DNA from: Cyanophora paradoxa CCMP329 | Lineage: Eukaryota; Plantae; Glaucophyta | DNA: 64,000 nucleotides | Assembly (NCBI GenBank): GCA_004431415.1 | Contig: QPMI01000445.1 | Span: 62,001 to 126,000 of the forward strand | Direction of reading: 5' to 3' | Shown: positions 24,292 through 35,758 of the stretch, piece after piece | How positions within the stretch are numbered: the stretch's first letter is position 1 | Layout of the letters: the number at the start of each line of letters is the position of its first letter | The notes under the pieces: generated by a model | Seen by the model: only the letters and a program-made list of their open reading frames with translations | Databases searched by the model: none | What the model was told of the DNA's origin: nothing | Program-made: the position numbers and the translations under genes

Positions 24292-26531
24292 CCTCGCGCG
24301 CGCGCCGCGCCGGCCCGCGCGCCCACCTTAATCAGCTGAGTTAAGCTAGCTTAGCTTCGAATTCTGTACTAAAGGTCGCTACGAGAGCGGCCAATCGCAA
24401 GTCTTAATTCTATTCAGTCCCGAAAACACTTTTTTTGGCTTCAGGCTTGGGGCCGGAATATCGATGACTAATTATTTTGGGTATTACAGTTTGCATGCCG
24501 AATTACTAAAAACCGAATTACAGTATGCATGAGCCTCCGGATCGATCCGAGGCTCCGGAATATATACCAGAATATACACAATCATTCGCAAATCATTCAG
24601 AGTCCAGACTCCAGAGTCCGACGGTCCAGACTCCAGAGTCCAGAGTCCAGACCCGTCTACCGTAGTACGAGACTACAACCGGTAATGCGATGATCAACGG
24701 TTTTAGTTATACTACTTATGATAATTAGACGAACTTCGGAACCAGCTCGCGCGTCTGTAGTACTCTAGACTGAGAGTCTAGATCGATATCTGTACGTATA
24801 CTCGTCTAACTAGTACTAACTTAGTAAGACTCTGACTCTCTGTCACACGGTCAGAGTCTCTGAGAATCCGTCTAACGTTGACTTAGTAACTTATTAATGA
24901 ACTGACAGTATACGTAGTCTAACGTACTACGGTAGATCGATCTACAAACTTGAATGAATTCGAACCGGGACTCTGGGCCCGAGTCTGGGCCCTGGGGCCC
25001 AGAGTCCGACGGTCCCAGACTCCGGACCCAGAGCCTGGGGGCCAGAGGCCCTGAGGCCCTGGCAGTGAGAGGGGCCTGAGAGGGCCGGCGCCAGAGTGGA
25101 CCCAGACTGCCAGGCTGGGCGGGAGTCTGGGGCCTCTGGAGTCTGGCCATGGGCCCCGTCAGTGGGCCCGGTCACCGGTGCCACGGTGGGCCGTCACTGA
25201 GTCACTGGGCCGTCAGTGCTCCGTCACTAGGACTCACTACTACCGTGGCCGTACGTATACGCGGGTGTGAAATTACACTGTGAATGCAACGACTAGGAAC
25301 AGATTTAGATCTAGCCTAGTAGAGGGCTCGCATTGGCTCCTTTGTGGACATAGCTGCAACCCCACTGGCTAACATTTAACCGTGTTCACGTACCGTGTTC
25401 GCCGTCAGGCTCTCAAGAGCGAACAAAGCGAACACACGAGCAAGTTCTCAACTACGAGTGGGCCGTTAAAAAAACTTTAAATTTCAGTCTTGAACTCATG
25501 AACAGCTCGTCTCATATGAGTGAACGCGGAGGTCGCGAATTGCGAATTAGTTATATAATTACCCAATTCAAGGGCCCGACGTCGACAACTCGGCGCCGGC
25601 GTCGAGTCGGCGACAACGCCGACAAGCTAGCCTCTCGGACAAGGCCGGTCACAATTCATGCAAGGGGCCAATAAAGATGGCTTTTTTAATTATCCGCCAA
25701 TTGCAAGTTGCAACTTAAACTTGCAACTTGCATTTCGCAAATTGCAAGTACTTGCAAGCTACTGGTCAGTGGTCATCGACGACTCATCGTTCGCCGACGA
25801 TCGGATCGGACTCGGACTCGGAGCCTCGATCGCGAGGAGCCGGTCCTTCGAGGACTCGCGAGTCGCGAGTCGCGACGAGGAGTTCCGAACTTCGGAATTC
25901 GAATGCCTCCGAGTCTTAAAAAAAGGCTTATACCGGTAAGCTTTCGAATTCGACTTCCGATTCAAAGTTCCGAATTCAACTCTCGCGGCGAATTCCGGCG
26001 AGTCGACGGCGACATGTACACTTATATATATATATATACATATGCATACCGTGACTGTATCGATATCATACTGTGAATCCACAAAGTTAGGCGCCGACAA
26101 AGTTACTAATTATATAAGTTAGGCGCGGATAGACGAGTTCACCCATTTGTCTAACTTAATCCCCGTCTAACTGTCCCTAAAGGGGGTATGCCATAGTAAC
26201 GCTTGTATGGAGCGACCCGCATGCGCAGCTCGTCTATCTTTGTGAACGTCTATCACGACGGGTGGGCAAACGTCTATGAAAAGCGACGCCTAACTTTGTG
26301 GACAGTAGTATGACCACACACGCGCGCGGCGCGCCGCGCGCCGCCTGAGAGGCCCGCCTCGGCCCTCGATCGCGAGGGCCGACTCCCGGGCCCCGGCCGA
26401 GGGCCGAGGCGCGCAGCTGCCGCAGTGCTGGCAAACAGTGGCAATTGCAAGTTCAACGGTTGGCAGGCACTGCGGCAATGGCAGCAACTTGGCAGTGTTA
26501 ACGTTGGCACACAACTTGGCAGCCGAGCGCT

Positions 26532-26789
26532 ACCGTGTGGCACTATAATATCGCGCCCACTTAATTACCGCGCCGAGAATTTGTTAAAACGCGGTAATTT
26601 GGTACCGCGGTAAAAAGCTGCAGCCAAGTTGCTCTATACCGTACCCCCCCCCCAATTACCGCCCAATGCATGCGCATGCCTCAAGTTTTTAAAAACGCGG
26701 TAATTTGGTAGCGCGTTATATTTCGGCCACCCTTGGCCCGGAGTTTTTAACGCGGTAATTTATGCCGCGGTAATTTAGTGCCACATGGT
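26532..26789. mobile_element. MITE-like element
   Basis: 14-bp terminal inverted repeats ACC(G/A)TGTGGCACTA with one mismatch; multiple internal CGCGGTAATT copies in both orientations; no coding capacity. Confidence 0.4.
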
Positions 26790-27492
26790 CACCGGGTAGC
26801 TGAGCGCGCATGCGCAGGCGGCGCAGCAGGCTGCCGCAGTGCCCGCAGTGCGCATGCCCGGTGGGCCGGTGCCATCATGGCATGCAGCCGCTGAGCTGTA
26901 CATGTGTAGCCTAGTAGCAGTGTGTACGTCACACAGTACGTGAAGGAGGATCGGAAGGCAGCAGCGCTAGCTATAGGCTATAGCTAGCTATAGCCTACTA
27001 GTATAGCGCGAGCTGTACGTACATCACGGTACATGTGCTCGTGAGCTCGAGGAAGGATCCGGACTCTGGCCCGCGGCCGGCGGAGTTCCGAAGTTCAAAT
27101 TCGAGTCGCCGGCGCGACTCGCCGCGGGCCGGGAGCAACACCCGGCTCTTGAGTCTTGACCCGAGCAGGCGACGGGTTGCATTTGCACCGAGCGCTGGCG
27201 CCATCGACTCGCAGCGCGGCGAGCGTCCGGTCGACGGTCCTGGCGCGGCAGCAACGAGAGGGTCCCGAATCCCGACGTACGACGTCGCCGTTGAATTGCT
27301 GCCTGCGCGATGGCGGCAGCGACGCAGCTCCCGCCCCTCGCCGACTGGACCTCGGAGGCGTGCTCGCGGAATTGCAAGCTGAAGCCTCTGAAGGTGCATG
27401 CCGGCCGCGCGCTTCCGTAATTTTCTGCGGCTGCCAGCGTCTAGAGCTGCCGTACGCGTGACCATGAGCTTGAGCACGCTGACCATGGCCAT

Positions 27493-29600
27493 ATGCATCG
27501 CGCTGTGACCCAGACTGGACGACTGTCTCCGCCGGAGCCGCCCAGGCCGTGCAATTGGTATGAGCCGCAGCCGCCGAGTCCGCAGCTCGCTCCCGGCATG
27601 GACTACGATCGCGGCCGCCGAGTTGGATGCAATCTTGGCCGATCGCGAGTCCCCAATTGCAACGAGGAGGCCCCTCTCGCGATCGCCGGCGCCCACGGCC
27701 GTCGGCGCCAGAGCGCCCCAGACCTGCAATTCACCCCAGCTGCAGTTCGCGATCGCGCGGTTCGAAATTTTGCACATATGCATGTTAATATTTTAATTGA
27801 TGCCGGGGCGCCACCCCTGACCGGGACGGCGGCGCGGCAGGATTCGGCGCTCGAATTCAGGGGCGCGGGGCCGCTGCAGCTCCTCCGATCGATCGCGGAT
27901 GATGTCGATCCCCCGTGCCGCTCGGTTTCGCCGAGCGGCTCCTCCAGCAGCGACGGCAGCGCTAGCGACGAGACCGATCGCGAGCTCGAGGCGGCCGCGG
28001 GCCGCGCCGCTGGCCCGCGCCCCCGCCTCGGCTCCCTGCCTTGCGATTGGGCGCTGGCGACGCCGCCGACGCCGCGGACGTCGCGATCGCGATCGGCGGC
28101 GGGGTCCGGAGCCGCCCGCCGGAAGTCAAGCCGGGAGGGCGGGGCGCGGAGCAGCTCCGTCCTCTCAGTCCTCGCCGCCGCCGCCTCTGCCGCCTCCCCC
28201 GCCGTCGTCTCGGACTCCCGCCCGTCCGCGGCCCCCGAGGCCTCGCCCGCCCTCGCCCTCCCCGCCGGCTCCGTACCCCTCAACTGCCTCCCCTTCGACG
28301 TCGACGCGGCGCCGTCACCCCCTCCCGGGCCCCCGACGGCGGGCGCCCTGGCCATGGGCGCGAGGCCGTGGTCCAAGCGGCGGGCGTCGATGCCGCTGCC
28401 GCCGCCGCCGCCGCCGCTCGTGGTCGACCTCGACGGGCTGGAGGTGGAGGACGGCTGCCCGGCCCGGGCCCCGGGGCCCCGGCCGCCGCCGCCGCCGGCC
28501 GCTCCGCCATCGACCGCGTCTGGGCGGCCGCCCTCGCCAGCGGCGGCCTCGCCGAGGGCGGCCCGGAGGACGGCCTCGATCGCGAGGAGGGCGGCGCCGG
28601 CTTCGGCCGCTCCCTCCTCCGCTCCCTCTCGGGCGCCGTCCGCCTCGGGCGCCGCGGCTCCAGCTCCGGCCCCTCCTCCGCCGCCCGCCCCCTCGGGCTC
28701 AATTTCGTCGGCTACGGTCCGAGCTTTAATTTGTTTCTTCGATGTCGGCGTCGGAGCGCCTGCGGCTGACGCGTCGGCGGCGGGCCCCGCAGAGGCGTTC
28801 CACCTGTGCCTGCACCGCTGCCTCACGCCGGCGCGCTCCACCTGGGTCTACCCCGACGCCCGCCGCCTCGCCGCCGACAACTGGGCCGTCGACGCCAGGG
28901 TGACCCCCCTCCCCCCCCCCCCCCCTCCTCCCCTCCCCTCCCCTTCCCTCCCTCCCCTCCCCTCCTCCTTTCGAATTCTCCCCACCGGGTACCGCGGCCT
29001 GAACTCCCGGCGGCGCAGGGCGCGGACTCGATGCCGCGGGAGGCGTTCGAGCGGGCGCTGTACGGGGCGGCGGCGGCGTGGGCCGGGGACGCGGGGGCCT
29101 GCAAGGTGGCCCCCGCCCTGCGCCTCCTCGCCGCCGAGACGGGCCTCGGCGACCTCACCGCCGCCTTCCTCTCCTGCCTCGCCCACGCCCTCCTCGCTCC
29201 CGCCCCGCCCCCCGCCCCGGGCGCCCCGCCCGCCCCGCCCCGCCTGCGCCTCTGGCACGAGGTGGAGGTGGGGGCGTGCAGCCCGGGGCGGGCGCTCCAG
29301 CACCTGGGCAGCCTCCGCCGCCACTCCCCGCGCATCCGCTCCCTCGACGCCGCCTCCTTCCAAAAGCCCGCCCCGGCGGCCCCCGCCGCCCCCGCGGCCG
29401 CGGCCGCCCCGCAGGCGAAGCCGCCTGCCGCGCCCGCGGCCGGAGCGCCGGCGGGGCTGGAGGCGCTGGGGCCGATCCAGGGGGCGGTGGCGCTGCGGCG
29501 GCACGCCCTCCACAACCGCCTCGAGCGCCTCGCCGCCGCCCGCGGCCGCCGCCCCAGCGACGACGCCGCCGCCGGCACCGCCCTCGCCGGGGCCCAGTGA
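27493..29600 (+). CDS. hypothetical protein, low-complexity N-terminal half and helical C-terminal domain
   Basis: Long open frame and spliced exons AFHLCLHRCLTPARSTWVYPDARRLAADNWAVDAR-GADSMPREAFERALYGAAAAWAG; start uncertain. Confidence 0.55.
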
Positions 29601-30378
29601 ATTCCCCCAGCCCCGCGGACCCCGACTTCGAGATCTAGATCTGCTGTCGCGACCTTCCGCGATGTAGTTCTGAGCGTAGCCGCCGTAGGCCCTCTCGATC
29701 TCGATCTGGAGCTGCAGTTGTCGCCCTCCTTTCGTCGATTCGGCCGCACTGAGTTCGCCGCCCATGCCAGGCCACGGCCGCGGCCATGATCTTTACGTAC
29801 TGTCACAGTGCTAGTACTAGTGTTCCTGACTCTGTGAGCTGGCTTCCTTGCATTTGTATATATACATATATATATTCCGTCCTGTATAACAATTTAGTAA
29901 CAGTCGAATTCGAACATTAAGTAGGCAGGAATTGCAGTACTAGTACACTACTACTGTGCTTCTATGATAGCAGATTTCAATTGACCGGCAAACCGGTGTG
30001 TAATTAGTTCTCCAGTATTTTTCTCTTGTTTCACAGTGTTCTAGTTCAGACCTGAATCTCAGAGTCTGTGCGTATACAGCCCCCTAGTCCCTCCTTCGCG
30101 CAGCCCCGTTTTCACATGTACATCTAGCTATAGATGATGTCGACTCGATGACTTTTCAATCTAGTCCATTTGAAACGATCGCGGCGGCGTGATTTTCCTG
30201 TGATCCTGGCTAGAGTGCAACACTGCGAGGGCTCCCCTAGCTCTAGTAACAGTGTCCGACGGTCGACGTCTTAAGCTTCTTGCACGTATCGCTGTTCTCG
30301 ACTCGAATCCATCGCCTCCGTATCGAGCAGGGAATTCGAACGCGCACCCCCGAGCCCCGGCCCGGAGCCCCCGGGGGG

Positions 30379-33327
30379 CTACCGGAACTCGTCGATGAGG
30401 CGGAGGATGCCGCGGGCGACCTCCTCGTCCTCCGGGTCGACGTCGGCCCCCGCCCCCGCCCCGGCGGCGGGGTCGGCCCCCTCGCCCGCCCCCGCGAGGA
30501 AGGCCTCGAGGTCGGCGCGGGCCTCGGTCCAGCGGGAGAAGTGGTAGAGGATGATGCCGCGGTCGCGCAGGTCCTCCCGCGACCCCGGCCCCAGCAGCAG
30601 CAGCCGGTCCAGCACTGCCCACAGGCCCCTCGGCGGGGCGGCGGGGCGGGGGGGCGGGGCGGGGGGCACCGGCGAGGGCCCGGTGCGTGTCCCCGAGGGC
30701 GATGTAGATGAGCTTCAGGTCCGAGAGCAGCCGCGCCAGCACCTGCGCAGACGGCTCGCTCGGCGCGGCGGGGGCGGGGGCGGGCGGGGGCGGGGGCGGG
30801 GGCGGGCGGGGGCGGGACGGGGCGGGGGCGGGCGGGGGCGGGCGGGGGCGGGCCGTGCGGTGGCCGACGGCGCCGAAGTAGGAGCCGAGGAAGAGGGAGC
30901 GGTCCCGGTCCTCCTCGGAGCTCGAGCGCCCCGCCCCTCCGCCCCGCCCTCCGCGCCGGCCCCGCAGGCGGCGCCGGCGGCGGCGGAGGCGCGGCGCCCG
31001 TCCCGTTGGCGCCGTTGAGGGGCGGGGGCGGGGGCGAGAGGACGGCCGAGGGCGACGCGGGCGGGGAGGAGGGCGGGGAGGAGGGGCCGGCAGGGGAGGA
31101 GGAGGTGGTGGGGGAGGAGGAGGGGGAGGGGCCGGCGGGGTCGCGGTCGGGCGCCGGGGCCCCGGGGTCCTCGGGGGGCTCGAGGGCGCGCATGACCGAC
31201 TCGCAGTAGGCGCGGTACTGCCACGGCGTCAGCAGCTGCGCGGCGCGGGGGCGCGGCGTCAGGCCGGGAGGGGAGGGCAGGCGGGGCGGGGCGGGGCGGG
31301 CGGGGCGGACGGCGCCCTGGCGGGAGAGGTCGACGAAGAGCGGGGGCACGGCGTCGGGCCCGAGGCCGGTGGAGGCCTCGTCGGGGCGGACGCAGAAGAC
31401 GGCGGGGAAGCCGGCGCCGCGCAGCTCGAGGCCGAGGCGCTTGGCGACGGCGATGTAGAGGATGCCGACGGCGACGGCCGCCCCCGCCCGGCGCTCCACG
31501 ACCGAGGGCAGCAGGTAGTCCCGCGCCGGCGAGCAGAGCGGGTCCCCGGCCTCGCGCCGGGGCGCCGGGGCGGGCCGGGGCGCGGCGCTGTAGGCGAGGA
31601 AGGCCCCGTGCTCGAGGGCGGCGGTGCCGACGGCCCAGGAGGGCGGGAGCACGGCGGGGACGACGGCCGTCGTCGGCGCGTTGTAAGCGCTCTCCAGCCG
31701 CGACACCGCGTCCCCGCCCTCCCATCCGGGCTGCCCGCCCGCCCCGGCCTCAGGGCGGGGAGGGCGCCGGCTCGAGGCGGGGCGGGGGCCCGGGCGGGGC
31801 GCACGTCGCGGTCCTCGGCGGCGGGGGCGCCGTCCCCCTCCTCGTCCTCCTCGTCCCCCTCGCCCTCGCCCTCCTCCTCGAGCTCGAGGGCGAGGTCGAG
31901 GGAGCCGACGATGGAGTCGAGGAGCCGCTCGAGCTCCTCGTCGTCCAGCTGCATCTGCGCCCCGGAGAGAGTCGCGCCCCGCTGTGCTCCGTCTGGATCG
32001 GGCGGGGGCGGGGCGGGGGCGGGCCTCGGGGTTGTCGGCGTGGGCGGCGGCGGCGACCATCCCCGCCGTGGCTGCGGCCTCGAGGCGGGCGACGTGCAGC
32101 TCCTCGTGCAGCAGCTCGTCCTCGTCCGGCTCCAGCCCCAGCAGCTCCAGCCCCTCCCCCTCGTCCTCCTCCTCCTCTTCCTCGAGCTCGAGCTCGAGGG
32201 CGAGCAGGCCCGCCTCCTCCTCGTCCTCGTAGTCCCCCAGCCCCTCGATCGCCGCCAGCAGCCGCGCCTGCCCCCGCCCCGCCTCAGACCCCGCCCCCGC
32301 CGGTCGCCCGGGGGTGTACGTGCGCGCGCCTCGGGGCTCTCGTAGTGGCCCTCGCCGTCCCCCTCCTCGTCCTCCTCGAGCTCCACCCCCTCGTACTGCG
32401 CCAGGTCGTCCACCTGCCCCACCTCCCCGGCTCGAATCCGAGCGGGGCCGGCGCGGGCGGGGCGCGGGGCGCGCCTCGAGCCAGTGGAGACAGCGCATGC
32501 CCATCCCATCGAAGAGCTCCTCGGAGATGGCGCTCAGAAGCGCCCGGTTCGGGTTCACTGTCGGCAGCAGGTACTTCTCCTCCGTCCGCACCCGCACCCG
32601 CACCCGCTCCGCGATCCTGCCCGGCCCCCGCGAGCAAGTCGAATTCGATCCGGGCCGGGGCGGGCCCCCGCGGGGGGGCTCCGGGGCGCTCCAGCTGCAG
32701 CGGACCTGTCGATGCGCTTGAGGACCGCTTCGACGTCCACGGCCCCGCGGGTCTCCTCCAGCGCGATGTAAAGGGCCGCGCGGGCGATGTCGATGTCGTC
32801 CTCCTCGGCCTTGTTGACCTCGTTGTAGAACGCCGCGCGCGGCTGCGGGAGGACTCGCTGTTGAGTGCACGCAGGTGGAAGCCCGCGCGAAAGGATAGCA
32901 GCTCTGTGCGGACCTGAGACCACGTCAGCTCTTCGCCTTCGAGGCCCTGCATCTCCGCGTCCAGCTGCGGGGTTGCTCCCGCGGGCGGCTTATCGGGTGG
33001 CTCCGCGTCCAGCGGAGCGTGCGGTGCGCCATCTGAAGCGAAGGGTCGGTGATCGGCAATGCCAAGCGATCAGACAAGACGATCGAGGCCGAGGCACTCG
33101 CGCGCACCTTCGCAAGCTATCAAAAGCGGTCGTACGTGCGGTATCCTATGCCTCCGTGGCGGCTGAAAGCCCCAGCTCGTTGATAGGGGCGAGCCGTGCC
33201 AGGAGATAATTCTATGGCGACTTCGCGGAAGCGCCTGCGGCGGTCGCCGCGAGCATGGTGATGCCGATGTGCTGGCAACTGACCGCGAGCCGCCGCCGGG
33301 AGGGGCGCCCGCAACGAAGGCCCACAT
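30379..33327 (-). CDS. plastid-targeted SirB1-family (transglutaminase-like core + TPR) protein
   Basis: Transit-like start MWAFVAGAP; IDIARAALYIALEE; LLPSVVERRAG...LYIAVAKRLGLELRGAGFP; LARLLSDLKLIY; LRDRGIILY...ARADLEAFL. Confidence 0.85.
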
Positions 33328-33386
33328 CGCGCGTACCCCACAAGTGATCCCTCCCCCTGAGTCTTCGTTCGCACTTGGTTCGGGGG

Positions 33387-35758
33387 ATGGCGTTCGTGGT
33401 CCCTGTCCTCGCGGCAGGCGTGTCGGGCAAGGTCCAGGCATCCGCGCCCGCAACATGCCCAGCGCGGAAGCTCGGGCGCGGCGCGGCGAAGGCCGGTGCG
33501 TTGCGCGGCCTTTGACCCCGGGGCGCCGCTGAGGCGGCATTCCCTCGGATTCAGGTCCCAAGAAGCTTGCCTGGGCAGCGTCCGCCGCCTGGAACGGCCA
33601 GGCACTGCAGTCGCGGGCAGTCCGGCGGCAGCAGTTCGTTGCCGTGTCTCCCGCCGTGGCTTCCATCGATGGGCCCTCTGTCCCGCTGTGCATCTTTAAG
33701 CCCGAGGATATCATCATTGACGAGGAGCGGTGCCTGGGTGAGTTACAGACCTTGCTGTCTGTGTCTCCACTGTATGACTCGCTGACTCGCCCCCGCAGGG
33801 GTCGGCGCTTACGGGCAAGCTTTCCTATGAGCGTGGTTTTAGCGGCACTCGTCTAAACACGCCCCCGCAGTGAGGTCTACGTTGGGACTGTTGAAGGCAA
33901 GAAGGTCATCGTGAAGCGCCTGCGGAAGGGCAACGTCGGGATGCGTTTCGCAAAGGTTGAGCTCTACGTCAACCAGGTAGCCTGCTTACGCGCGCCCGCC
34001 GCGGCCCGCCGCCGAATCGACCGACGCCGGGCCGTGCGCGCGCGCAGTATGTCGCCATGAACGGGGACCCCCAGATCGCCGTGCGCAGCCCCGAGGCCGA
34101 GCGAGCCCCCGGCCGCGCGCGCAGCCGACGCCTCCGCAGGCGTTCCTGGGCCACGCGATGAAGGACGGGAACCTGCACCTGGTCTGGGAGTACGAGGGCG
34201 AGTGGAACCTCGAGAAGGTCCTCAACAAGCAGAGCTGGATCGAGATCCTCGAGGAGCGCCTGGTGCGGCCCGGGACCCCGCGCCCCGCCCGCCCGCCCGC
34301 CTGCGCGCGGGGCCGGCGGCCGAGCGGCGGGGCGGGGCGGCAGCTCGGGGGCGTGCGGCCGGAGGACCCGCCGCTGGAGCGGCACGGGCGGGTGCTGCGG
34401 GAGACGGTCGGGCAGATGATGCGCGCCCTCGACACCGTGCACCGCAGCGGCCTCGTCCACCGGGGTCCGCCCTTCACAGCGCGCCCCGCCCGCGCCGGCG
34501 GCCGACGCGCGCCTGCTCCCCCGGGCAGACATCAAGCCGCAGAACTTCGTCATCGGCGAGGACGGCTACCTGAAGCTCATCGACTTCGGCGCCGCCGTGC
34601 GCCCCCGCCCGAGCCCCCGCCCCCGCCCGCGCCAGGCCGACGGGGCGCCGGGCCGGCAGATCGACTTCAACACGCGGTACGGCTACGACCCGCACGAGGG
34701 CGTCGGCGACCGCCGCTTCCTGCCCCCGGAGCAGGCCCGCAGCCGCCCCTCCTCACCCCCCGCCCCGCCCCGCCCTGAGGCGCCCCGCGCCCAGTTCGTG
34801 GACATGGAGCACCCGGACCGCTTCGACGAGTACAGCGCCGGCATCATCATGCTCGAGCTCGCCTTCCCCAACCTCCGGTGCGCCCTCGGAGCACCGGAGC
34901 ACCCGCGCCCGCCCCCGCGCCCCTCGCCGCGCCTGCCTCACGGCTGGGGCAGCGGGGTGTGCGAGTTCGCGAACGCGTCGAAGCAGATCCGCCGCTCCAA
35001 GTACTCCTGCGACCAGTGGCTCAAGGTCGGCGGGGGCCGGCCCGGCAGCCGCGCGGGGCGGGGGCTGAGGGGGCGCGCGGGGCAGAACCGGCTGCTGGAC
35101 GGGGAGATGGAGGACCTGGAGGAGGGCCTGACGCTCCTGAACGCCGACGACGGCGCCGGCTGGGACCTCCTCCGCCGCCTCATCACCAAGGTCCGCCCCC
35201 CGAGGCCGGCGCCCCCGCCCCGCCCCCGCCGCCGCGCCGACGCTGCCTCCGCTGCGGCCCGGCAGCTGCCCGGGGACCGCATCGGGTCGACGGCGGCGCT
35301 GAGCGAGCACAAGTACCTCCGCATGTGGCGCCCGTACCCCGAGGCCCAGCGCTCCTGCCCCTGGGAGCCCGTGCGCACCCCCCCCCCCCCCCCCCCCCCC
35401 TCCTTCCCTTCCCGGCCTCCCCGGGTTTACGCGGGGGGGGCGCAGGGCTACCACGGGACGCCGGAGGAGGAGGCGGCGGGGCGGGCGGCGGCGGGTGTGC
35501 CGGAGCTCGTGGCGCGCATGGGCGCCGACGGGATCGGCCGCCTCCGCCTCCCCGCCGACGTCGCCGCCTCCGCCTCCGACCCCCGCGAGCCCGCCCCCGT
35601 GCGCCCGCCCCGCCCCGCCCCCCGCCCCGCCCGAGCGAGATCTAACGTGGAGCGGGGCGCAGGAGCGGCTGGCGAGCGCGGACGCGGCGGAGAAGCTCAT
35701 GCCGCAGTACGGGAAGCCGTCCTCGCCCCTCCCCTCCGCCGCCGCCGACGCCGAGTGA
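33387..35758 (+). CDS. plastid-targeted STN7/STN8 (Stt7)-family Ser/Thr kinase
   Basis: Transit peptide MAFVVPVLAAG; LGVGAYGEVY; LHLVWEYEG; VHRDIKPQN; KLIDFGAA; LPPEQ; PDRFDEYSAG; LAFPNLR; LLNADDGAGWDLL. Confidence 0.9.

Noticed and set aside
24590-26800. Repeat-rich spacer as a CRISPR array
   Set aside because: No constant-length repeat with unique spacers, no cas genes, and a eukaryotic context
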